Shown here piece by piece: positions 1-8,500 of a DNA stretch of 64,000 nucleotides (its first letter is position 1; each line of letters begins with the position of its first letter). The notes under the pieces were generated by a model. It saw only the letters and a list, made by a program, of their open reading frames with translations. It did not search any database and was not told where the DNA came from. The position numbers and the translations under genes are program-made. Where the stretch lies: the IMG/VR virus record IMGVR_UViG_3300006100_000010; one strand, written 5' to 3'. This stretch comes from a virus. Lineage: Duplodnaviria > Heunggongvirae > Uroviricota > Caudoviricetes.

Positions 1-455
1 TGTTGAGTCGTCGGTTCTTTCTTACGGGTAAAGATGATATTTACGTCCGGTTCGTTGTCTGCAAAAAGATCAGTAGAGACAGCGTTTTTTAACTTTTCAA
101 TGAATGGCATGTCATCGTCTGCGATATTGACCTTTTTTCCAGTCACAATATCTACTATATTTTTCTTACGAATATCTGCGACTGTGCTTGTGAGCTTACC
201 GTCTGCTCTTATGTTCTTATCTGTCCAGTCCTTAATGTCGGTTTCAGTTGTTGAGTAGGTAGGATAGTCAGCTGAAACTGTGCCGTCTGGATATTTCTTT
301 CTCCTTAGTCCAAGCTCACCGTCATCGTCTATAAAAACAAATTTGTAACGCTTTTCGTCCTTTGGAGGAGCCTCAGGCGAAGCTCCAGGCAGAACAGGTC
401 CTCCCATGCTCTGCTCGTTGATAAATTGTGAATAGTTAAGAATATGCTTGCTCAT
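1..455 (-). CDS. hypothetical protein, C-terminally truncated by the window edge
   Basis: ATG at 455-453 on the minus strand. I translated the reverse complement by hand and it is open all the way to position 1 (MSKHILNYSQFINEQSMGGPVLPGASPEAPPKDEKRYKFVFIDDDGELGLRRKKYPDGT...). It is absent from the ORF track only because it has no in-window stop. The listed + ORF 34..258 is antisense to it. Confidence 0.4.
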   Translation of the reverse strand, partial: MSKHILNYSQFINEQSMGGPVLPGASPEAPPKDEKRYKFVFIDDDGELGLRRKKYPDGTVSADYPTYSTTETDIKDWTDKNIRADGKLTSTVADIRKKNIVDIVTGKKVNIADDDMPFIEKLKNAVSTDLFADNEPDVNIIFTRKKEPTTQ

Positions 456-490
456 TGATTGGTGATTGTATTGTATTATATATTTAACCA

Positions 491-523
491 AAAAGGCAGC
501 AATACTGAGTACTGCTGCCTTTT
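491..523 (-). terminator. rho-independent terminator hairpin downstream of nrdA, bidirectional in form
   Basis: Inverted repeat AAAAGGCAGCA / TGCTGCCTTTT with a short loop. It is flanked by an A-run on one side and a T-run on the other, and sits immediately 3' of the nrdA stop (546) on the minus strand. Confidence 0.5.
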
Positions 524-545
524 AAATGTGGGTTAATGCAATTTA

Positions 546-2351
546 TCAGCCATCACATGCAAGACAGTCTTTTGTTGCTCTTGCCGCAATGTCTCCTCTA
601 AGAACAGATTCAGTTCGCATGTAGTAAAGGGTCTTAACTCCCGCTTTGTATGCTTCCATGTGAACCTGATTTATAAATTTAGGCTCAACTTCATTTGGGA
701 ACGCAAGGTTAAGAGAAACAGACTGGTCGATGTACTGCTGACGAAGTCCGGCCTGTCTTACTAATTCCAATTGATTGACCTCTTTAAATGTTAAAAACAC
801 ATCCTTAAGAGGGATATATGAAGTCTGTTCCATCTCTGGAAGCTTAGTGAGCTTATTCTTACTGATTGGAAAAGACTTGTCTCCTGCTTTTACAAAGAAA
901 GAGTCCATGAAATCAAGTCCCTGAACAGATCCGCCGTCTTCAAGAATCTTATCCCATACTTCCTTGGTGTTATGTCCGATCTTTTCAAGAACCCTTTCAA
1001 GAGTAGGATTCTTGCGAATAAAAGTACCCTTTGCAGTCTGTTCAGTAAACACGTTAGCTGCCCATACTTCTATTCCTGGAGAAACGTTGCCAGACAGCTT
1101 TGAGTTTGAGACAGTCGGCGCAATTGCGCTAGTGTGAGTGTTTCTCATTCCAGTCCCAGCACACCATAGAGGTTCACCGTATTCTCTAGCAAGATCGCGA
1201 CTTGCTCTTTCCCTTTCGATCTTAAATTGAGAAAAGATCTTTCTGGTCTCAAATTGAGCCTGTAGAGAATCGAATGGAATGTTTCTCTCTTGCAGGTAGG
1301 TATGCCAACCAAGAACTCCTAGTCCTAGTGCTCTACCTTTCTCTGCTGAGCGCACAGAGTTTTCAAATCCACGCATGTATTTAGCGCGTTGGATAAATTC
1401 TTCAAGAACTCCGTCAAGAAACCACGTAGCTGTATAGATGAGGTCTGTGTCCTTCCACTCATCATATTTGGCAAGGTTAAGTGAAGATAAACAACAAACA
1501 AAAGAGTGATTCTCGTCAGTATGCAGGGTGATCTCAGAGCATATATTTGTCATATATACCTTTAGTCCATTTTTCTTATAGGCTTCTGGATTCTGGCGGT
1601 TTACGTTTCCTTTGTACATGATGTAAGGCTCGCCGGTTGCTTTGCGTTTTCTTAGTACTGCTGCCCATCTACGGCGAGCTTCCTTATCACCATCTTCAAG
1701 CTTGCTCATAAAAGAGTCAGAAACGACTGCGCACTGGTGTAGGTTAAGACACTGTCTATTCACGTCACCTTTAGGTTCACGTATTTCAAGCCATTCCCAA
1801 AAGTCGCCATGTTCAATATCCATGTTCACAGAAGCTGCGCCTCTACGAACTGATCCCTGATTGGTTGCAAGAACCGATGAGTCGTATATTTTACAAAAGG
1901 GTACGACACCATCAGAAGTGCCGTTTTGCGATATTTTAGCGCCGGCAGGACGGATTTGATTGATACCAATTCCAACACCACCACCGTGTTTAGCAAGTAA
2001 CATCATTTCAAGATTCTTACCACCAATATCTTGAATTGAATCAGCAACATCGATCCCAAAGCAGGAGATCGGCAAGCCTCTCTCAGTACCAGTGTTCGAT
2101 AAGACTGGAGTTGCTAAATTTAGCCAGCCTCTCCAGATGTAGTCAAAGAACTTGCTGGCAAGCTCAGGCTTGGCTAAACGCTTAGAGATAGTCGTCGCGA
2201 CTCTCCAATAAGCGTCCTTTGGTGTTTCACCAGGTAGTAAGTATCCTTTAGATACAGTTTTTGCGTAAATTTCTGTGTTGGCCCAGACGGGAAAGTGTAC
2301 GCCCACTTCCCAGCCAAATTCTGCGCCGTGATTTATTTCTTTATTTTCCAT
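546..2351 (-). CDS. nrdA: ribonucleotide reductase class I large (alpha) subunit, short form without an obvious ATP cone
   Basis: 601 aa. Globally resembles class I RNR alpha (catalytic core motifs) and has a C-terminal CxxC redox pair (KDCLACDG). It lies next to an R2 subunit gene. Confidence 0.8.
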   Translation of the reverse strand: MENKEINHGAEFGWEVGVHFPVWANTEIYAKTVSKGYLLPGETPKDAYWRVATTISKRLAKPELASKFFDYIWRGWLNLATPVLSNTGTERGLPISCFGIDVADSIQDIGGKNLEMMLLAKHGGGVGIGINQIRPAGAKISQNGTSDGVVPFCKIYDSSVLATNQGSVRRGAASVNMDIEHGDFWEWLEIREPKGDVNRQCLNLHQCAVVSDSFMSKLEDGDKEARRRWAAVLRKRKATGEPYIMYKGNVNRQNPEAYKKNGLKVYMTNICSEITLHTDENHSFVCCLSSLNLAKYDEWKDTDLIYTATWFLDGVLEEFIQRAKYMRGFENSVRSAEKGRALGLGVLGWHTYLQERNIPFDSLQAQFETRKIFSQFKIERERASRDLAREYGEPLWCAGTGMRNTHTSAIAPTVSNSKLSGNVSPGIEVWAANVFTEQTAKGTFIRKNPTLERVLEKIGHNTKEVWDKILEDGGSVQGLDFMDSFFVKAGDKSFPISKNKLTKLPEMEQTSYIPLKDVFLTFKEVNQLELVRQAGLRQQYIDQSVSLNLAFPNEVEPKFINQVHMEAYKAGVKTLYYMRTESVLRGDIAARATKDCLACDG

Positions 2352-2379
2352 GTTATGTTTTAAAAATCTTTATTTAACT

Positions 2380-3084
2380 TTAGTTATTCTTTGAAACAAT
2401 TTTCCAATTGGTAAAATTTTTACTTAAGCACCTTTTAGTAACAGCAGTTTCTGAAATGTTATATTTTTTTGCGCACTCCCGTCTAGTTGCGTATATATCA
2501 TCGTCTACTTGTATTTGTATTGCCATTCCATTTTTACTACCAAGTTTACTTTCACTTATCTTACGCCTAGTTTCATCTGACCATTTTCTTTTTTTTCCAG
2601 CAATAGCTAATTTATTTCTATACTCCAAACTATTAAAGATAGAAGTAGGGTCTGCCCAGATAGATTTAACTTTATCTGAAAGATGTGCAGCATCTCCAAA
2701 AAATTTATTTTTATTTTTCAAACTTAATTTTAATTTTACTTCATCTGAGTGTTTTCTACCCTTTAATGAATTTGACAAATTCTTTTTAAAATTATCAAGC
2801 TGCTGACTTGTATAATACCGAGTAGTCCAGCCTCCAGTTCCCCCAGCTGCAAGATTATACGAATTTTCTGAATAATAACTAATCCAAAATTTCTCTCTGA
2901 TATTTAATTCTTCAATAGATGAACAGGTTTCTATTAGCTCAACTTTAAAATTAGAGATTCCGTATTTTTTTATTGCTCTCCAAAGAATTTTACCTGATCC
3001 TAAATACTTATCAGTAAACTCTTTTTCACTTTTTCCAATATATACTTTAGAATTCAATAAATTTTTAGTTTTATAGATATACAT
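2380..3084 (-). CDS. GIY-YIG family homing endonuclease (free-standing) with a C-terminal NUMOD-like helix-turn-helix
   Basis: The N-terminus reads MYIYKTKNLLNSKVYIGKS (GIY...YIG), with downstream R and E residues (NIREKFW). The C-terminus has an HTH-like segment (RRECAKKYNISETAVTKRCL). It is inserted exactly between nrdA and nrdB. Confidence 0.7.
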   Translation of the reverse strand: MYIYKTKNLLNSKVYIGKSEKEFTDKYLGSGKILWRAIKKYGISNFKVELIETCSSIEELNIREKFWISYYSENSYNLAAGGTGGWTTRYYTSQQLDNFKKNLSNSLKGRKHSDEVKLKLSLKNKNKFFGDAAHLSDKVKSIWADPTSIFNSLEYRNKLAIAGKKRKWSDETRRKISESKLGSKNGMAIQIQVDDDIYATRRECAKKYNISETAVTKRCLSKNFTNWKIVSKNN

Positions 3085-3134
3085 AGAATTATCATTTTAA
3101 TTATTTATTCTATAGTTAGATGATAAAACTACAA

Positions 3135-4136
3135 TTAAGAAAAAAGATGATCTTCATCCCAGTTTTCATTTTCTCCTGCTTTAGAATAGTCAGTCGGTCG
3201 CATTGAAAAGAAATCTGTCCAAGTTGCACCACCAGTAAGGTGATAAAACCAGTCAAGATTACTTGCAAGTTCTTCTGAATACTCAAATATGCCTTCGTAT
3301 CCTAGCTCATTAAGCTTTTCATTTGCTCTCTTCTTAATAAACTCCTTGAGATCGACTGACTTAAGGTTATCAAGGTCTCCCATCTCAAACATTTTATCGA
3401 TGAAGTTAAGCTCTAGCTCAACCATTAAGGTAGCAGCCTCTTCAACTTGTGACTGAACTGCCGTTCTAAGCTCTGGATAGTCTTCACACATGTGTCTAAA
3501 GAGTTGGCATCCCATTTTTGAGTGAAGCGATTCGTCTCTTACTGACCACTTCATTTGTTGACCGATTCCCTTAAGTAGATTTCTCATCTGGAAGGAATAG
3601 AGAACCGCAAATGAAGAATAGAGAGAAACTCCTTCTGCAAAAGCAGAGAATATTGCAAGAGATCGAGCAACATCCTTTCTGGCATCAGCCGATTCAAAAA
3701 GATCGATGTGTGTGTAATCTGACCGAGTCTCCATCAGGAAATCGAATTTTGCAGAAGTGGTAGACTCACGTAAAAAGGCTCTAAAATCTTCAAGACCCAG
3801 AGTCTCATTTAGGTAGGAATAGGCAACTGCATGTATCGTTTCCTGAGAACCAAAGATCATTGCCATCTGCTTGATCTCGTGCTTCGGAAACCATTTTGTG
3901 ACCATGCCTGTCCAGTAATCAGATACTGCGCATTCAGTTTGAGCAAAACCTAAGAGGATATTACCGACTAGATTCTTCTCAGACGGAGTTAGGTTTTCGT
4001 TCCAGTCCTTAACATCTCCTTGCATAGAGATCTCAGTATGAAGCCAAAAGGCCTGTGCTTGTTTAAGCCAGCCCTCGGTGTAATAAATTGGGAATTCGAA
4101 TGGTTTGTATTCGATTCGTTCTAAAAAAATTGACAT
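3135..4136 (-). CDS. nrdB: ribonucleotide reductase class I small (beta, R2) subunit
   Basis: Ferritin-like R2 motifs, including ...WSVRDESLH (a match to the E. coli R2 iron-ligand region ...SRDEGLH) and additional E/H ligands. The ORF-track start at 4157 decodes as TTG. The first ATG is at 4136 (MSIFLERIEY...), which I prefer. Confidence 0.8.
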   Translation of the reverse strand: MSIFLERIEYKPFEFPIYYTEGWLKQAQAFWLHTEISMQGDVKDWNENLTPSEKNLVGNILLGFAQTECAVSDYWTGMVTKWFPKHEIKQMAMIFGSQETIHAVAYSYLNETLGLEDFRAFLRESTTSAKFDFLMETRSDYTHIDLFESADARKDVARSLAIFSAFAEGVSLYSSFAVLYSFQMRNLLKGIGQQMKWSVRDESLHSKMGCQLFRHMCEDYPELRTAVQSQVEEAATLMVELELNFIDKMFEMGDLDNLKSVDLKEFIKKRANEKLNELGYEGIFEYSEELASNLDWFYHLTGGATWTDFFSMRPTDYSKAGENENWDEDHLFS

Positions 4137-4293
4137 ATTACTTATTATTTTAGACAAAAAAATCCTATCACTAACATAACTCGTAAGTGCGTGAGCATCA
4201 AAAAAATTAAGTAAGTGATAGGACTTTAGATCATCTTGATTATTTATTCAAGAGTCTTTTTAGGGAGTGTCTTGTCTAAGTTAAAAAATTGGA

Positions 4294-5463
4294 TTAGGCT
4301 TCTACGAATTCAAATTTAAGGCTCTTCTTGATAGGGTCGACCTTAAATACTTTAACCAGAGGATAACGATTGAGGTTATCTTTTAGGTCTTGTCTCTTCA
4401 AAGAGACATCAAACTTTTCTCCATCAATTTCTATTGATATTGAATTTTTATTTTCGTTAACTGTGTACTTGAAGCTTTGGTTTTCGGTCCTGTTACGCAG
4501 AGTCTGCCACTGCATCTTTTCAGTGCTTACTTGAGACTGGTCCAAGGTAAGAACTATTCTGTATTGGTCTCCCTTTTGAGTAACGTCCTTAACGTATACC
4601 TGGATCTTATCACCGGCTCTTAGAGTCTTACGAATCTCATCGTAGTTCTGGAACTCAGATTTGTGGATGAGTCCAGTGTAATATCCGTCGATTTCTACGA
4701 ATACTCCAAAGTCATATGGAGAATTGGTAAGTACACCAGCGTATGGAACATCGAAGCTGAGTTCGCTGATCATCGTTGGCATTGACTTGGCAATGTACTT
4801 CTTGTAAGAAAGAATAAAGAGGTCGTTTGCAGCGTCGTAGTTATCCACCATGACAGTAAGAGTTTTACCAAGCATGTCATTGAAGTTATGAACAACGTTT
4901 GCTGCTGCATGCGATCCTGGAATAAAGCACTCCACCTCGTTTTGATAGATCGCAAGGTAACCGCCTTTTATCAAACGCTTGATCTTCACGTCAAACCAAG
5001 TGCTGTTATTAAGGTGATCAAAAAGTTCCTGTTTGTAGGTAACTGAAAGTGCCTTCTTCTCTGATCCAAAATACTCTCCGCTTTTTGTCACCTTGTATAG
5101 GGTAACATAAAAGTCCTTGATGTTTCCTGAAACAAGATCCTCAAGTGGTTTTGAGTATTCCTTGAGAGGAATACAAATACTTACTCCTGAGTTTATTTCT
5201 TCAACAAGAAGAGTCTTGTCATCAGTGTATAGTGTCTTGGGTCTTACCTTGTAAACTTCACCTTCAGTAAGGTCTTTGCTAGTGATCTTCTGTACGCCAG
5301 AAGATTCACGACCGCTCATCATATCGTATAGCATTTGAGCGTATGGTTCTTGACAATAGACTCTTACTTTATTCTTCTTATCGTCCTCAGTTAGAGAGAT
5401 AGATTCGTTGTATTTTCCGACCTTTGCAAACGGGTCAAGTTCAGTTGTTAGGAATGGATTCAT
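4294..5463 (-). CDS. S1-domain RNA-binding protein (ribosomal protein bS1-like, multiple S1/OB repeats)
   Basis: 389 aa with repeated OB/S1-like segments. One canonical S1 signature is present: G-hydrophobic-IHKSEF (YTGLIHKSEF...GDKIQVYV). Other repeats show the G-x-V / lysine-rich patterns of S1 repeats. Confidence 0.5.
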   Translation of the reverse strand: MNPFLTTELDPFAKVGKYNESISLTEDDKKNKVRVYCQEPYAQMLYDMMSGRESSGVQKITSKDLTEGEVYKVRPKTLYTDDKTLLVEEINSGVSICIPLKEYSKPLEDLVSGNIKDFYVTLYKVTKSGEYFGSEKKALSVTYKQELFDHLNNSTWFDVKIKRLIKGGYLAIYQNEVECFIPGSHAAANVVHNFNDMLGKTLTVMVDNYDAANDLFILSYKKYIAKSMPTMISELSFDVPYAGVLTNSPYDFGVFVEIDGYYTGLIHKSEFQNYDEIRKTLRAGDKIQVYVKDVTQKGDQYRIVLTLDQSQVSTEKMQWQTLRNRTENQSFKYTVNENKNSISIEIDGEKFDVSLKRQDLKDNLNRYPLVKVFKVDPIKKSLKFEFVEA

Positions 5464-5519
5464 TCAGTGATTTTTATAAGTAATTTATATCACCAAACTG
5501 GTAAAAAGTTTTAGAAAAA

Positions 5520-8500
5520 TTATAAATATGCACGAAATAATCCAAGCTTATCTGCACCGTTTGCCAAGAACTCATCAAGAAAGAGCAGGAAAAGGATATT
5601 TTTAGGGCTCAGTCTTTCCCATGAAGGAATATCGTCTTGACTTACCAGAGGGTGTATGCTACGAAGAGCCAACGATGCAACCTTAGAGTCAGTCGTCGAT
5701 ATAGTACCAGTAGAACTAACTTGTGGAATCTTTAAAACGGGCAAAATGGAATCAAGAGCGCCTGCGCCAGCTACAAGTATCGTCGGTAGTGGAGAGTTTG
5801 CAATAGGCGACATCACAGATTCAACGATGCCCAATTGTGCTTCCACTTTAGTAGCGTCAATTATGTTGAAGTTAGAGGATTTTGGAGAAAACTGTTTGGC
5901 CTTAGCAAATGCAGTAAATGTGGCAAATGCAGGAGGTCCTCCTGGTGGAATCAAGTATTGTACAGATTCTAGCAAGTTTAGGTTAACTCCATGCGCACCT
6001 TTTATTGCGCTAAGTATTTGATAAAAAGGATCAAGCAAGTGCTCTACCGTATCAAAGCCAAGTGTCACAAAATTCTTAAGGATTGCAAGTAGATCTCCTG
6101 GATTAAGACTCAAAAAGTCAAATGCCAGAGTCTGAAATGCTGGCAGTATGTCACGATCAGATGCAACTAGGATATTTCCAGAGCTGTATAGTGAAGAAGT
6201 TGGAGACTTGATTAATGGGACATGATTTGGATCATAGTTCCCATTAGACAGTATTGAAGTTTGTGAAGTATCGGTATCACAATTCACTATGGTGATTGAA
6301 GGATCTACTGTTGCGTGGCCGGATGAGCCATTTACAACGGGACCGGCTGCTGAACTTATACTTTGTGGAGTCGGACCAGATGCTGAATTTTCGTGAGGCA
6401 AAGAATTATTTAAAAAGGCAAGAAGCGCATCGGCTAGGACTTTCTTTAAGATATTTAGATCGATCGAGATCCTTGCAGGAAGAGCTGGTTCGAGTGCAAC
6501 GTTTGGTACTTTTATCTCAAATAGAGACGTAAGAACTCCAGCAAACGAACTGGCAAAGGTGAGCAGATTTATTGCAGGAGCAGGTATGCTTAGGGAAGCC
6601 GGTATGCTATTTTTAATGATCCCAATATATCCGCTAACAAGTTCCCTAGGTGAAATATTGGACTTACCTCCAAATAGTGACTTTATGTTTTGAGGAGAGA
6701 GCCCCATCACATATTGATCTAGCAATAGCTTAACCGATTCAAACACTGGAATTGCCGGTGATATTCCAGACAGGTCCAGTGAGAATGCTTTCTTGGCGCA
6801 GCATGGAGCAAAAGGATCAAACTCGACTTTAAGACTTGAAAGAGTTGCAATTACTTCTGGAGTCAGTGCAAGGATCTCCTTTATTCTTTGGTTTTCAAAA
6901 ATATTGGAAAGCTGAGCCTGACTCTTGGCTAATTGTGTTTGCAGCTTGGCTTTTGCTGCGGGATCGGTTTCTGAATTTACTCTTTTTTGAAGGTCAGCGA
7001 CTTCCTGTTGCTTTGCTGAAAGACTACCAAGATCCCTCTTTCCACTTACTGTATCGATAAGAGTCGAGTTTATCTCTAATATTAGCTTTTGTACTTTATT
7101 AAAGTCCTTCTCTATGTTTAGCTGATTGTTACTTTGTGCTGAATCTAGAGCGACCTGTTTAAGAGCGTCTTTACTTTTTGCAAGCTGAACAAGCAATATA
7201 TTTTTAACAGTGACACTTTCTTGTGAGATGAATTGAGTCCTGTACATGCTAGAGAACTCAAGGATATGCGCTAGAAAATCAAGTATTGCGTTTTGCTTAG
7301 GTTCAAGAGTAGAAGAATCCTTAGGTATTGTGACAGTAGGTAAGGTGATCCTATCAAAGTAGTGCATTAAGTCAGAGCGTATCGCTCCCAACTTTTCATC
7401 GAGCGAAACTCCATCGCTTTTCATTTGAGCACGGATCTCTTTTGCCTTTGTATCGTCACCATTGACTAGGGCAGATTGAAGATCAGAAAGGAGCCTCGCG
7501 GTTCTATCAGTTATCTTGGATTTAATTGAGTTTGCAGTTGACATTACAGGTTTGCCAAGATCGTCAATTCTCTGCAACACCGACCTCTTTGCGTCCTCAA
7601 TAACGTCCTTAATTGAGTCAGTCTTATCGATCATCTTTTGCAACTTCTCAGCATCAGTGAGGTTTGAAATTGACTGCTCAAGATTGGCCTTCTCCTTTGC
7701 GATCTTCATGAGTCGATTTGAATTTCCATATTTGGTTGCAATCGACTCAGCCTCGTTTAAAATATTTCTCTGCTGATTTAATTGCACGAGTTGAGTAGGA
7801 CTAAGATTAAAGTTGGCTCCATTCGCAAGTTCTTGAGCAAGTCGATTTGCTTTTTGTTCAGCAGCAAGAGCAGCAAGAGGCATCTGAACTCCGGGTTTGA
7901 TGGATTCGTCTTGTGAAGAGTATCCAAACTTTGGTGAGGTTCCCCTAATGGTAAATATGTGCTGTTTAAATCCGTTGCTTGAAACAAAAAATATGACCGG
8001 CGATATAAAGACACCGTTGATTGTCAAAAAGAAAACAATACTTCCCATCGGTGTAGAGATCACAATTAGAGGAAGCCAGATTACCGGCAAAGGTATTTTA
8101 ATTAAACCTCCAGGAGTAGGAATAGTAAGGCCAACTGGCCAATACCTCAATTCAGTGATGTTCGGCAGATTTGGTATGGGCAGCAATCCAAGTAGATTTG
8201 CGACCTTTGCAAATTCCATCCAATAACATAATTGGGTAGAATTAGGTAGAGTCGGATCGCTGCCATTTTTTATTGTGTTTACATATAGTGGGTCAGATCC
8301 TAATTTATTTGATGTGTCTCCACAATTCTGTACAGGCTGATCAATTTTATCAAAGCACTCAGGGCTCTCCTTCTTCAAAGAAGCCTTTACGTTATCTGGG
8401 GTAGGTTTTAACTTATCTACTTGAGACTGGACCCTAGCAATTTCCTGGTCAAGGTCAGTTGCCTTTTGAAGAAACTCTTGATTTTGACGCTTAATAGTCT

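Noticed and set aside
34-258. 74-aa plus-strand ORF at the left edge
   Set aside because: It lies antisense to a much longer open minus-strand frame (1..455) with a proper ATG, that continues past the window edge. The plus ORF is low-complexity and likely spurious.
3135-4157. ORF-track start of nrdB at 4157
   Set aside because: The codon at 4157-4155 is TTG. An in-frame ATG at 4136 with better spacing from the upstream hairpin is the more likely start. The gene call is retained with the adjusted start.
4770-4955. Numerous 60-120-aa ORFs nested antisense or out of frame inside large genes (for example 4770-4955, 5656-6021, 10250-10543, 19260-19595, 25377-25565)
   Set aside because: They are fully embedded in well-supported long CDSs and have biased, low-complexity translations typical of shadow ORFs in AT-rich DNA.
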